A stretch of 64,000 nt of DNA from Candidatus Sungiibacteriota bacterium (lineage in GTDB: Bacteria > Patescibacteriota > Minisyncoccia > Sungbacterales > HO2-52-23): assembly GCA_016181585.1 (NCBI GenBank), contig JACOYX010000017.1, positions 8,317 to 72,316 of the forward strand, read 5' to 3'. The position numbers were made by a program, and so were the translations under genes. Below, piece after piece: positions 25,887 through 35,948 of this stretch (position 1 is its first letter; each line of letters starts with the position of its first letter). The notes under the pieces are model-generated. The model was not told where the DNA came from. It was given only the letters and a program-made list of their open reading frames with translations, and did not search any database.

Positions 25887-26876
25887 TCAAACCCTATGTC
25901 TATTTTTTAGAACCGTCTTTTCCTCCCAATTATACACCCATTCATTCCCCACCAAACTCGCAAAACGACCCCTATAATAATCACGATTCAGCATTTCCGT
26001 ATGTGTCATATCCCGCTCCGCATGCCCCAACATGATCCGCCACTCCGGAATTTCTTTGTCAACAAACAGTCTCTGCTCATCTTTAGCAATCTTGGCAAAC
26101 CGCGAAAGCTCTTTCAGTTGCGAAGGATTAATCGAAACCGGCCCGTCTTTTGTTTTATCGGCTGGCAAAACAGTAAAATGCCGCTCAATATAATCCGCGC
26201 CAAGCATAAGCGCGGTTTGCGCGGCTTTTATTCCATCCCGAGCGACCAGCGTATGGTCGGACCATCCCACTTCCGGAGTAAACTTTCGAAGCCACTCCAT
26301 ACGCGTCAAATTTGCCATTGAGAGCGTATTGGGATAGCTTGTCACGCAATGAAGCAATGTAAACCGTTTATTTTTTTCTTTCAAAATCCTTGCCGTTTCT
26401 TCCACCTCTTCATTAAATGTAGCGCCAGTTGAAACAACCAATGTGTCAAAATTATCCGCTAGTTCGCGGATCATGGGAAAACTGCCGCAATCGTAACTCG
26501 CAACTTTTACCAATCTTTCACCGCCATAGGGAAGCGATGCGGACAGCGGAATTCTTTTGCGGGAAAACACCGTAAGCATGGGCACAGCACCCGCCCTTTT
26601 TACTTCTTCTACAAAAAAATGATAGTCCGCTTCGGCAAGATCAAGAGCCCTCAACCGTGAGGCTTCCGCACCATACGGCCGATGAATCGCTTTGCGGACG
26701 CCGTTATGTTCAACATGCCCCGCATCAAAACGCTCGCGGCGCGTGGTATCTTCTGAAAAAATAATCTGCCCTTTAATAATATCCGCACCGCTTTCTGCCG
26801 CCGCATGAATCAAATCCTTTAAAAGCGCACGATCGCCATTATGATTTTGACATACCTCTACAATAATTTTAGGCAT
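25887..26876 (-). CDS. neuB: NeuB-family synthase lacking a SAF domain
   Basis: EVCQNHNGD, KVASYD, LHCVTSYP, GWSDHT, IERHFT. Confidence 0.88.
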   Translation of the reverse strand: MPKIIVEVCQNHNGDRALLKDLIHAAAESGADIIKGQIIFSEDTTRRERFDAGHVEHNGVRKAIHRPYGAEASRLRALDLAEADYHFFVEEVKRAGAVPMLTVFSRKRIPLSASLPYGGERLVKVASYDCGSFPMIRELADNFDTLVVSTGATFNEEVEETARILKEKNKRFTLLHCVTSYPNTLSMANLTRMEWLRKFTPEVGWSDHTLVARDGIKAAQTALMLGADYIERHFTVLPADKTKDGPVSINPSQLKELSRFAKIAKDEQRLFVDKEIPEWRIMLGHAERDMTHTEMLNRDYYRGRFASLVGNEWVYNWEEKTVLKNRHRV

Positions 26877-27058
26877 TTTGATAATATGTTTCGAGCCTGT
26901 CGAGAAACACCATTAGTATATTCCCTTTTGCCCGTTTCTTCATTCTCTCATATTACTAGAATTGCCCCGCAGAACACAACGGGGCATAGATAATGATAAA
27001 ACCCCATGTGCGGGGTTTTTGTTTCAGAATATGTTTGCAGTGCCTAACAAGAATAGTA

Positions 27059-27385
27059 TCAAAATTTATCCTTAAACTCCGCATGCAAAAGAGGAATATA
27101 TTCCTTAAGCCACGATTTGTGATTTTTAAATAAAATTTTCTCTGCCTCATTCAAAAATGAAACACGCCCGCTTAATGGAATTACATTAGCAATCATACTA
27201 ATCAATATACGCTCGCGCATCGCAAGCAACGCTGCAACGTTGCTTGGTATCAATTCCTGTTTCCACTTTTTTGTGTCGGTGATATGGAACAGAGTTAAGA
27301 ACTCTGTCAAATCTTTATGCACAATCGTCGCGCGTCGCTTCTGCGCCGGCGTCACCGTAGTTGTTGGATGTTTTTTATGCGGCAT
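27059..27385 (-). CDS. hypothetical protein
   Basis: Clean 108-aa ORF with upstream TATACT and downstream hairpin. Confidence 0.55.
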   Translation of the reverse strand: MPHKKHPTTTVTPAQKRRATIVHKDLTEFLTLFHITDTKKWKQELIPSNVAALLAMRERILISMIANVIPLSGRVSFLNEAEKILFKNHKSWLKEYIPLLHAEFKDKF

Positions 27386-27442
27386 TTATAATACTCCATT
27401 GCCGTAACGTACTATAGTTTAGTATAACAACATATCACAAAA

Positions 27443-28648
27443 TCAAACATTTTCTACAATCTTTTTCGCCGCATACTCATTGCCGTTCAATGTTCCAAAT
27501 TGCTCCAACAGTTTATGATTAAAATTTTGAATTCTTGCTTTTAATTTTTCCGCTTCGCGTATAATTTCCGCAAGCGATTGGCCGCGGTAAATCACCCCAA
27601 GCCCGAGCTTTTCGATACACTTGTTATTAAAATAAATTTCCGGATCATCTTTTGGATCGAAATTCGGCGCAACAAAGGGCGTGCCGGAGAGCTGGGAGAG
27701 CCACACCGAACCCCAGCCGGATCGCGCGAACTGTAGTTTTATATTTTGGTTTGAAATATAGTGTGGCGATAAATACTCGCTTCCCGGAATTGCTTTTGTG
27801 TCGTTGGAATACAGCTTCAGGCCGAGTTTTCGCGTTTCCTCATACAGCCGTTCAAGGCCGGGAATGCCCGTTATCGTCACATAAATCCCATTAGAAATCT
27901 CCGATGTTTCAGTTTGAACGCTATTTTTAACGGGATAAACCCCTTCGGTAATTTTTCCAATATTTGGTAAAATATTGGCAATAGTAGGAGGTATTAAAAT
28001 TTCATCCGAGAACCGCGGCATCCGATCTTTTTTAAATGAAAACGTCCCTGGATGCGCTAAAGCGTGAAAAACATGGCTCGCTTCTATTTTTTCCGCAATG
28101 GCAATAGCTTGTTTTACCAAAGCACGATCCAACGCAACGGTCTCTTGCGGCACATCCAGCACGCTTTGCAAAATTTCCGACACATAGCCAAACGTTACCG
28201 AATACGCCGGAGCAATATTATAACAAATCCGCGGAGCTCGGTTTATCTCAAACGCAATATCCGCTGATCGCACCGTATGCTTGTTGCCTTGCAAATCAAA
28301 AACATCAAAATTACGAGAAAGATGCTCGTGCTCTTCTTTGCTTAACATATCAAACTGTTCCACAAAAATGCGGAGAGCTTCTTCATAACTTTTTTCTCCA
28401 TAAAAAACTTTTTGTAAAGTCGCGCCGAGCATCGGATCAAGCAAAATTAACCCGGGATTTTTTTCTTCATAAGACTCAAACTCCTCAAGCATTATCCGCT
28501 TTTGCTTCTCACCGTACACCCATGGCACGATAATCCCCATTTTTTCTTTCCCTCGCCCATCAAACTCATTATTTATCGCAATCGCAAGTTCAGTTGTCCT
28601 AAGATAAGGACCAGTACCGTAGACGAAGTTGGTTATGATGTATTGCAT
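27443..28648 (-). CDS. hypothetical GT-B-like protein with in-frame palindromic insertion
   Basis: GTGPYLRT, ARSGWGSV, PEIYFN; 18-aa insert at 27885-27936. Confidence 0.65.
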   Translation of the reverse strand: MQYIITNFVYGTGPYLRTTELAIAINNEFDGRGKEKMGIIVPWVYGEKQKRIMLEEFESYEEKNPGLILLDPMLGATLQKVFYGEKSYEEALRIFVEQFDMLSKEEHEHLSRNFDVFDLQGNKHTVRSADIAFEINRAPRICYNIAPAYSVTFGYVSEILQSVLDVPQETVALDRALVKQAIAIAEKIEASHVFHALAHPGTFSFKKDRMPRFSDEILIPPTIANILPNIGKITEGVYPVKNSVQTETSEISNGIYVTITGIPGLERLYEETRKLGLKLYSNDTKAIPGSEYLSPHYISNQNIKLQFARSGWGSVWLSQLSGTPFVAPNFDPKDDPEIYFNNKCIEKLGLGVIYRGQSLAEIIREAEKLKARIQNFNHKLLEQFGTLNGNEYAAKKIVENV

Positions 28649-28765
28649 CTCAATTTCTAATATCTAATTCCTAATTTCTAATGAAATTTGAATGTTTAAA
28701 ATGTCCCAAATTAAAAATCGCATTTAGCTATTTCATTGGAAATAGGATATTAGAAATTAGGAATT
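28649..28765. repeat. inverted heptamer tandem repeats
   Basis: tttctaa/tatctaa/ttcctaa units, then ttggaaa/taggata/ttagaaa/ttaggaa units. Confidence 0.7.
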
Positions 28766-30486
28766 TATAGTTTATTGTAGATAACTCCTTCTGCTTTTTT
28801 TACCTCTTCTTCATTATAAATCCCCCACGTATCAAACATCAAAACAGGCTTTTTAGAAACAGCAAGAAGCGGGCGTATATTCAGCTCTTCAAAGTGAGGG
28901 TTATTGTTCATGACTAAAACAACATCCGCGCCGCGAATGCCCTTTTTGATATCCCCTACATGCGAAACGCCAAACCGCGTAATGTCGCTTTTAACCACCG
29001 CCGGATCAAATCCGTGAATATTGCGATATCCTTTTTTCTGGAGATGCTCAACAATTTTTATCGTTGAAGAACCGCGCACATCGGAAGTGACCGGCTTCCC
29101 TTTAAATGCAAATCCCAAAATAACTATTTTTGTTTTTTGAGCCTGCTTTTTTTCTTTTTTCAAAAACGATTCTATTTCAGACAAAACATGATTCACCATA
29201 AGCTCGCTCACCGCACGCGCATTTTGGAAAAGCAGGGGAATGTATCCCTTTTTGCCGGCGCTATCGATAAAAATATAAGGGTCTTTTTCAAGGCAGTAGC
29301 CGCCTACGCCGGGACTTGGCTTCGGCACGCGCGCGCGTTCATAGCCATAATTTGCCGCATCAATCACGCGATGCGTGTCCACTCCCCATTTTTTTGCAAT
29401 CAAAGAAACCTCGTTGGCAAAGGCAAATGTCACATCACGGTAGGTGTTGTTTACGAGCTTCACCATCTCCGCCTCTTCAAGGGATTCGACGGTAATAATC
29501 GAGTGCGTCATCACATTAAAGATATTTGCCGCGGCATCCGCGCTGGCGCGGTTGACCCCGCCAATCACTTGCGGCAAATGGCGCAATTCTTCAAGTGCTT
29601 TTCCTTCGATCGTTCGCTCCGGAGCAAAAGACACGAAAAATCCTTCGCCTGCCTTAAGCCCGGATTCTTTTTCCAAAATCGGTATCACGACCGTCCGCGT
29701 ACTGCCCATCGGAACCGTGGAGCGTAAAATAACCGAATCACCACGCTTTAATATTCCGCCGACAGTGCGCGCCGCGCTTTCCAAATACGAAAGATTGGGT
29801 TTGTTGTCGGGTCCCAGCGGCGTACCCACGGTAATAAAATAAATATCACAAATATTTTTGCCGAGAAAATCAGAAACGGCAGAAAAGTTAATTCCGTAAT
29901 TATCACAAAGCAGAGTTTCAAGCCCCGCTTCGTAAAAATGAGTTTTTCCTTTTTTAAGCAGTTTGCCGATTTCCGGATTCGCATCGAGTCCCTTCACTTT
30001 AAAGCCAAGGTTCGCGAGGGTTAGGCCAAGCGTTAAACCGACATAGCCAAGCCCTACAATACCGATATGCTTGAAACGCGTATCACTGCGATGCCAAATA
30101 TCGTAGAGCGACATCAGTTCTAACAGTTTTTTGCTCTTATCGACAACGATAATCTTATTGAGTTTATCCGCATGCCATGACTCCTGCTTTATTTTATCCA
30201 TCGCGTGAGAAAGCATTTCTCTGTCTGAAATCGGCCCTTCAATCAAAAAAGGATTTTTGTTCATTACGCCGGAAACCGAATCGTCGAGCATCATGTCCCG
30301 GCTCAAACCGCGCCGAAGATCGCCGTTGGTCACAATACCCAGCACTTTTCTTTGCCGATCCGTTACCACCACAATTCCTGCAGGCAAATTGGTTTTTGCC
30401 GGATCGTTTTCCCCCATCTTTCGCAATACCTCGCGAATCGTATCATTCGGACTCACACAGATTGTAGAAATAAATTTATTTTGCAT
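28765..30486 (-). CDS. CBS-domain + UDP-N-acetylhexosamine dehydrogenase fusion
   Basis: N-terminal GIVTNGDLRR (CBS); GLGYVG, VGTP, APERTIEG, GVGGYCLEKD. Confidence 0.88.
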   Translation of the reverse strand: MQNKFISTICVSPNDTIREVLRKMGENDPAKTNLPAGIVVVTDRQRKVLGIVTNGDLRRGLSRDMMLDDSVSGVMNKNPFLIEGPISDREMLSHAMDKIKQESWHADKLNKIIVVDKSKKLLELMSLYDIWHRSDTRFKHIGIVGLGYVGLTLGLTLANLGFKVKGLDANPEIGKLLKKGKTHFYEAGLETLLCDNYGINFSAVSDFLGKNICDIYFITVGTPLGPDNKPNLSYLESAARTVGGILKRGDSVILRSTVPMGSTRTVVIPILEKESGLKAGEGFFVSFAPERTIEGKALEELRHLPQVIGGVNRASADAAANIFNVMTHSIITVESLEEAEMVKLVNNTYRDVTFAFANEVSLIAKKWGVDTHRVIDAANYGYERARVPKPSPGVGGYCLEKDPYIFIDSAGKKGYIPLLFQNARAVSELMVNHVLSEIESFLKKEKKQAQKTKIVILGFAFKGKPVTSDVRGSSTIKIVEHLQKKGYRNIHGFDPAVVKSDITRFGVSHVGDIKKGIRGADVVLVMNNNPHFEELNIRPLLAVSKKPVLMFDTWGIYNEEEVKKAEGVIYNKL

Positions 30487-30544
30487 ATGTTTCTTGCTAT
30501 TTTTGGGCAACATGCTATCATTTATGCAGTTCTAGGAGGTGGCC

Positions 30545-30691
30545 ATGTGAAGCAAACTTGCAGCAAGATCTCTTTTATTTGGTATATTTTTGGGTTACGG
30601 AATATATGACTTAACAGATAGCCCAAGTGCTGCAATTGCATTCGGTGCCGCTATGGCAATATTGCCTCACTCGCTTCTTGATTGTAAATAA
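30545..30691 (+). pseudogene. small membrane-protein unit with TGA at codon 2
   Basis: SD AGGAGGT; M*SKLAARSLLFGIFLGYGIYDLTDSPSAAIAFGAAMAILPHSLLDCK*; terminator at 30706-30726. Confidence 0.55.
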
Positions 30692-30738
30692 TATTTTTCA
30701 CCTGAGAGCCTCAAATCGAGGCTTTTAATTATTATATC

Positions 30739-30779
30739 TGTCGCCTTATAAATTTCGTGACGAACTTTATAAGGCGACA
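30739..30779. repeat. 14-bp perfect inverted repeat
   Basis: tgtcgccttataaa...tttataaggcgaca. Confidence 0.7.
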
Positions 30780-30782
30780 TGC

Positions 30783-31508
30783 CTATTTTCTCGCGCGAAT
30801 AGTAAAATACTGCGTTAAATCACGGCCGTACCCATTATCGAAGCGATCGATAAAAAAACAAATCGGCTGTACTATCCAGTAGTGCGCGAAATCAAAACTA
30901 TTTTCAATCCATTTGGGAAGCCCGAGCCCTCGCTCAAAAAAATACGCATATTCGCCGAATGTTCCGAAGGCTCCATTGGTGGGACGCGCGGAAAATTCTC
31001 TGAAGCCGACTTTTTTAAATAAATACTCAAGCCCGAATTCGGTATAGCGGAAATAATCATATGGTTTTTGATGCTGGCGCCGCACATGCGCGGCAACCAC
31101 AAAAGCTTCCCCGCCCGGCTTCAATACCCTATAAAACTCTCGAAGAAGCCGCTCGGGTTCCGCCACATGCTCCATGATATATTTTGTAGTTACCAATATA
31201 TCATACGATTGATCGGGAAACGGCAATGTATGCAGTTCGGAAACGGGAGTTGCGCCATAGATAAATCTGTTTTCCCAAAAATCAATTTCATCGAATTCAC
31301 AATCAGTAAAAAAATTATTTTTGTAAACTTCCTCTCTTCCCCCCGAAAAATCTTTTGACGTATATATATTTAAAAGTTTTTTCCCGGGACGCGCCGCCTG
31401 ATGCACTTCATACATAAATTCAAAAATCGACCGGAAAAAAGGATTGATCTTCCGCGCCTTAGGTATACATTTAAAAAATTCTTTTTCCAGCTCTTTTTTG
31501 CTTTTCAT
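30783..31508 (-). CDS. SAM-dependent methyltransferase (type 11)
   Basis: LPFPDQSYD, MEHVAEP, RVLKPGG, PYDYFRYT. Confidence 0.85.
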   Translation of the reverse strand: MKSKKELEKEFFKCIPKARKINPFFRSIFEFMYEVHQAARPGKKLLNIYTSKDFSGGREEVYKNNFFTDCEFDEIDFWENRFIYGATPVSELHTLPFPDQSYDILVTTKYIMEHVAEPERLLREFYRVLKPGGEAFVVAAHVRRQHQKPYDYFRYTEFGLEYLFKKVGFREFSARPTNGAFGTFGEYAYFFERGLGLPKWIENSFDFAHYWIVQPICFFIDRFDNGYGRDLTQYFTIRARK

Positions 31509-31510
31509 AT

Positions 31511-32311
31511 TTATTTCTTCAAATGAAAGAGCGCCACCGCCCCTGCATGAATTTCATTTTTTTCCAAACGTACAGCATGCTCATCGAGCCAATGAATAAA
31601 CTCTTTTATTTTGTTTTGCGAAATCCTAATGCCTGCATCGCGAAACACATTCGGCAAGCGGCGCGATAAATCTTCAATCATCTTTTTTCCGTGTCCCCAT
31701 TCCTGCTCAACCGTCCTCCATGAAAGCTTAAGGTGGAGTTTCTTCGCCCACGCTTCAAATTCAACGGGCGTGAAATAATGCAAATCGGCTTTCGTGATGG
31801 ACATATCAAATAAAAATTTTAAAGTAAGCAAAATGTACCCGCGAACGTTAGTCCAATTAGGACAGGTGATAATCAGCGAACCTTTGGGCTTCACTAAAGA
31901 AGAAAGTTGTTTGAGCGCCCCAAACGGATCGTCTAAATGCTCAAGCGTGCCCAAACTCACTACCACATCAAAGCGTTCTTTCGTGTCGGATATATTTTTA
32001 CAACGAAACTCCAGATTCCTCCTCACATGTGTCTTCTTTGCTTCTCCTATCGCCGCATCGGAATAGTCAATTCCCACCACACTCTCTGCGCCTCGCTTGG
32101 CGATTGCGTGTGCAAGCTCGCCGGTGCCGCATCCGGCGTCCAATACGTTTTTCCCTTTCCACGAAAGTTCCTTCAGCACTTCGGCTTTAGCCGGAGGGAT
32201 TTTGTCACCCGAAAGCAAAAGCGATGTATAGTGCCGTTTTTCTCCTTTTTCATAAACGCTGTTATAAAACGATTGCAGTTCTTTGTTTTTCATATAGTTA
32301 TGCGCATTCAT
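31511..32311 (-). CDS. SAM-dependent methyltransferase
   Basis: VLDAGCGTG, GIDYS, LEHLDDP. Confidence 0.88.
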   Translation of the reverse strand: MNAHNYMKNKELQSFYNSVYEKGEKRHYTSLLLSGDKIPPAKAEVLKELSWKGKNVLDAGCGTGELAHAIAKRGAESVVGIDYSDAAIGEAKKTHVRRNLEFRCKNISDTKERFDVVVSLGTLEHLDDPFGALKQLSSLVKPKGSLIITCPNWTNVRGYILLTLKFLFDMSITKADLHYFTPVEFEAWAKKLHLKLSWRTVEQEWGHGKKMIEDLSRRLPNVFRDAGIRISQNKIKEFIHWLDEHAVRLEKNEIHAGAVALFHLKK

Positions 32312-33246
32312 GACGCTCCGCAGGCCGCGAAAATATTTTCTAATACAACCCGCGCAATCTCTTCATGCGCTTCTTGAGTAAATGAAGCGGCGTGAGGCGT
32401 AGCAATAACTTTCGGATGCAACGCCAAAAGTTTTGAGATACCGTCTTCCCTAAACGGCGGCTCTTTTGCAAAAACATCCAAAGCCGCCCCCGCTATTTTT
32501 TCTTCGTTCAATGCATCCAAAAGCGCTTTTTCGTCTACCACTCCGCCGCGCGAGGTATTAATTAAAAATGCATCTTTTTTCATGAAAGCGATCGCCGCAC
32601 TATTCATAAGATGTTTGGTGGCATCGGTAAGCGGCACATGAAGCGATACAAAATCACTTTCCTGCATGAGCATATTAAAGTCATTCTGTAGAACTTCTGC
32701 CCGGCGAAATTCATCCAAAGAAGCGTGCGGATCGAAAGCGGATACTTGCATGCCAATACCCCGCGCCATAGCGGCAACTTCCTTGCCAATAGCGCCAAAC
32801 CCGACAATACCAAGTTTTTTCCCAACCACACCACGGCTGTAGTCGCGCCGCCACTCTCCTCTTTTAATTTGCCTATCAAACTCGGGGATTTTCCTCGCCA
32901 TGGAAAACATAAAACCAACCGCAAGCTCCGCAACAGCTTTATTGCTTCCGTGCGGCACGCTGGTTACCGCGATGCCTCGGCTTTGCGCACAAGCAATATC
33001 GATATTATCCAGCCCGCGCCCGAACCGCGCAATAATTTTCAAATTTGGAAAATGTGAAAGTTCGCTCGCTCCAAGTTTTGGTTCCCCCGCCGCGATAGCA
33101 ACCACATCCGCAGGATCAAAAGAAAAAGGCGATGCCAAAATGGCAACCTCTCTATAAAAAAAACCGCGCGCCTCAATATCGCTTTTAAGATTTAGATTTT
33201 CCACCGCGCGTACAAACGAATGGGTTGTAGCAAGGATTATAGGCAT
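32308..33246 (-). CDS. D-isomer-specific 2-hydroxyacid dehydrogenase (SerA-like)
   Basis: GRGLDNID, GFGAIG, INTSRG, LDVF..EP, TPH. Confidence 0.9.
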   Translation of the reverse strand: MPIILATTHSFVRAVENLNLKSDIEARGFFYREVAILASPFSFDPADVVAIAAGEPKLGASELSHFPNLKIIARFGRGLDNIDIACAQSRGIAVTSVPHGSNKAVAELAVGFMFSMARKIPEFDRQIKRGEWRRDYSRGVVGKKLGIVGFGAIGKEVAAMARGIGMQVSAFDPHASLDEFRRAEVLQNDFNMLMQESDFVSLHVPLTDATKHLMNSAAIAFMKKDAFLINTSRGGVVDEKALLDALNEEKIAGAALDVFAKEPPFREDGISKLLALHPKVIATPHAASFTQEAHEEIARVVLENIFAACGAS

Positions 33247-33289
33247 ACTTGATTAAAGTATACAACGCAAAAAGTCAATATTTTGTCTT

Positions 33290-34036
33290 TCAGCGTTTAG
33301 ACAGATTTTTTGTATACTTCCCCGACCACTTCCACCACAATATTTTAAATATCCCCTTAAAAGAACGGCGAATTTCCCGAAAAGGGCGCACTTTTGAATC
33401 ACGATTATCAGACCATAAAACAGGCAAATCTTTTATCTTCCACCCGCGATATTTTCCTACCTGCACGATTTCCGCCTCCGCAAAAAAGTGATCAATATAT
33501 TGGTACCGAAAAATATCGTGCGCCGCATCTAGACGAAACATCTTAAACCCATTTACCAAGTCTTTCATCCGCCAGCCGAAAAAGATCGAGCATAAAAACA
33601 AAAAACCGTTTCCCAAAAATATGCGAAGCGCGGGCTGGGGCGCTAAAATCCTCGATTTCGCGGCGTTTCTGCTTCCCACCAGAAAATCCGCCTCCGGATG
33701 ATCTTTCAAATACTCCAAAAACCTCGGAATTGCTTCTGGGTCAACACTCCCATCCGCGTCCATTTCCAAAATATAATCTGCACAGCTTGCGAGCACCGCA
33801 TCGCGCACCACAGCACCACGGCCGCGATTTTGCGAAAATGCCATAATCCTAAGCTCCGGAAAATGCTCCATATAGTTCCGTACCACTGCCGCGGTCTCAT
33901 CCCCGCTTCCGTCGTCAGCCACCACCACCTCGAAATTTCCCTGATAACTTTTTCTCAAATGCATAAAAACCTTCTCCAAAGTAGAAGGAAGACGCAGAGC
34001 TTCGTTATATGCGGGAATTATTATTGAAAGCTCCAT
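33290..34036 (-). CDS. GT2 polyprenyl-phosphate glycosyltransferase
   Basis: IIPAYNE, DDGSGD, NRGRG, MDADG, GFKMF. Confidence 0.9.
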   Translation of the reverse strand: MELSIIIPAYNEALRLPSTLEKVFMHLRKSYQGNFEVVVADDGSGDETAAVVRNYMEHFPELRIMAFSQNRGRGAVVRDAVLASCADYILEMDADGSVDPEAIPRFLEYLKDHPEADFLVGSRNAAKSRILAPQPALRIFLGNGFLFLCSIFFGWRMKDLVNGFKMFRLDAAHDIFRYQYIDHFFAEAEIVQVGKYRGWKIKDLPVLWSDNRDSKVRPFREIRRSFKGIFKILWWKWSGKYTKNLSKR

Positions 34037-34146
34037 AAGTATTTCCAATCATACTCATGAATTTAAAAACGGACAACTCTTGGTTGTCCGTTTTTTTAAT
34101 TTACTATGACATTGCCACTTGCTATTACACAAGCGCCGGAATTTTT

Positions 34147-34971
34147 TTAAATTTTATCGTCAGTTTCTTTATCCATTGCGGCATCAAGTTCTCGCTGTAC
34201 CAGCCTTGCGTTATAGTTCGCAATGCGGTCAAACAGCGGCAGAAGCAATAAATACATCCGCTTGAACATCTTCCACAAAAATTCCCGTAAGACCGTATCC
34301 ACCAAATAAAACGGCCAATACATCATCCAGCCGATTATTTTGATCTTATTGTTTCTAGCTTCGGGTTTTTTGTAGTGATGCAATCTCTCCAATTGCCTCT
34401 TAAGTGTCTCTTCGTCATGGCGATACTTGTCTTTCATCATCCCCACCTCATCCAAATGCGCTTCGCCATCATCAATTCCGAACAAATGCCACTTTAAAAG
34501 AGCTGTAAGAGGCGCCCCAATAAATACAAAAACAAGCGCGCATTTAACAATCGTCCACACGTTATCCCATAAAAATTCGCCAAGTCCGTGCACACCCATT
34601 TCCATTGAAGCGAGAATCAAACCCGCAAATACTAAAACACTAAACGCGACATTTTCTTTGTCATTCATCCAGAATATAAATCCTGAAACAAGCGCCACAA
34701 CCACAACAGCCCAAAACCAAAATCCCGTTGCGGCTAAAAAATCAAAAGTACCCTCCGATACCATGTTTACTCCTCCCTGCGGAATAGCTTGTGTTGCCCG
34801 TTCCGCAATGGTTGTTACCGATGCAGAATCGCCAGAATAGTGTATATAAATCAGAAAACCAGCTACAATAAGTCCGCAAAAAAACGGACCTGCGGAATAA
34901 GCCGCACTACTCCACGAAAATGAACCTACTCCAATCGCAATTACGATAATCCAAAACAAAACATCTGGCAT
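34147..34971 (-). CDS. hypothetical multi-TM membrane protein
   Basis: SD GGGAGG; TTGACA-17-TAAGCT (35035-35007); terminator at ~34065-34095. Confidence 0.75.
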   Translation of the reverse strand: MPDVLFWIIVIAIGVGSFSWSSAAYSAGPFFCGLIVAGFLIYIHYSGDSASVTTIAERATQAIPQGGVNMVSEGTFDFLAATGFWFWAVVVVALVSGFIFWMNDKENVAFSVLVFAGLILASMEMGVHGLGEFLWDNVWTIVKCALVFVFIGAPLTALLKWHLFGIDDGEAHLDEVGMMKDKYRHDEETLKRQLERLHHYKKPEARNNKIKIIGWMMYWPFYLVDTVLREFLWKMFKRMYLLLLPLFDRIANYNARLVQRELDAAMDKETDDKI

Positions 34972-35050
34972 ATTATAGAACCTCCCTTCTCAAGGACCTA
35001 CTGCAGAGCTTAAATTAAAATAGTTACCTTGTCAAGGTAACTATGAAAAC

Positions 35051-35833
35051 TTAGATAGTTTCAGCAAAGAGCGTATGCGCCACCACGCGCCGCATTGCGG
35101 CGCCAACAAATGCACCAACCGCCGCCGCAAGAAGGATAAAGCCGGCATTATATGGCACAGTAAAGAAAATAATAACTGCGCCAGCAAGTCCGTATAAACC
35201 GCATGCCGTGAAATCCTCGGAATGCACGAAGCGGAAAAATGATTTCAGGAATCGCCAACCATGGCCGCACAAAGAGGGAATATAAGTTAGCCTATAAAAC
35301 ATCCACGCAACCCCAATACCGAGCCAGCGCAATATATAATAATGTATTGCCACTGAATTAAAATTTACACCGAACCGCATAAAAATATTCGCCCCTTCCG
35401 GCTCTTCAGCATTCACTGGATAAAGAATCAACAGCGAAAAAAAGACCGCAATGACGTTGCTTGCAATTGTGTATAACCCATACCGAACCAAAGGATTTTG
35501 GATGCCGAAATAAGGATCTTCGCCGCTGATTAAACTCACACTACCCGAATAAATACCGAGTATCCCGCCAAACCCAATGCCACAATAAAAATCACTGATC
35601 ATGCGTTGCTTCCAATTAACGGCGAGACTGCCAACTATGGTCTGCCACGCCCGTTTTCCCGCATATTTTATTCTCTCCGGCTCGGTGAGCATCCGCACAA
35701 CGTAGCCTAATGCTCCACCGCTCAATATACCCAAAAACCATAAATATCCTACCGCATGCGCGAGCATAGCCCCAAGCGCCATGCCGACAAACATTGCAAA
35801 TACGTCCTTTCTGAACGCAGTATCCGTATCCAT
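35051..35833 (-). CDS. hypothetical multi-TM membrane protein
   Basis: SD GAGGAGGT before MDTDT; TTGACA-17-TATGGT (35901-35873). Confidence 0.75.
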   Translation of the reverse strand: MDTDTAFRKDVFAMFVGMALGAMLAHAVGYLWFLGILSGGALGYVVRMLTEPERIKYAGKRAWQTIVGSLAVNWKQRMISDFYCGIGFGGILGIYSGSVSLISGEDPYFGIQNPLVRYGLYTIASNVIAVFFSLLILYPVNAEEPEGANIFMRFGVNFNSVAIHYYILRWLGIGVAWMFYRLTYIPSLCGHGWRFLKSFFRFVHSEDFTACGLYGLAGAVIIFFTVPYNAGFILLAAAVGAFVGAAMRRVVAHTLFAETI

Positions 35834-35948
35834 ACAAACCTCCTCAAAATTAGAACGAAAAGAACCATGGAAACCATAGCAAAGTTGATTACATTTGTCA
35901 ATTCCAGCAAATGTGCGCGATCGCGCATATTTGCTGGACTCCAGGATT

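Noticed and set aside
30545-30550. UGA recoding (genetic code 25)
   Set aside because: Conserved genes here terminate at TGA (e.g. 4475-4477) and long ORFs are intact under code 11.
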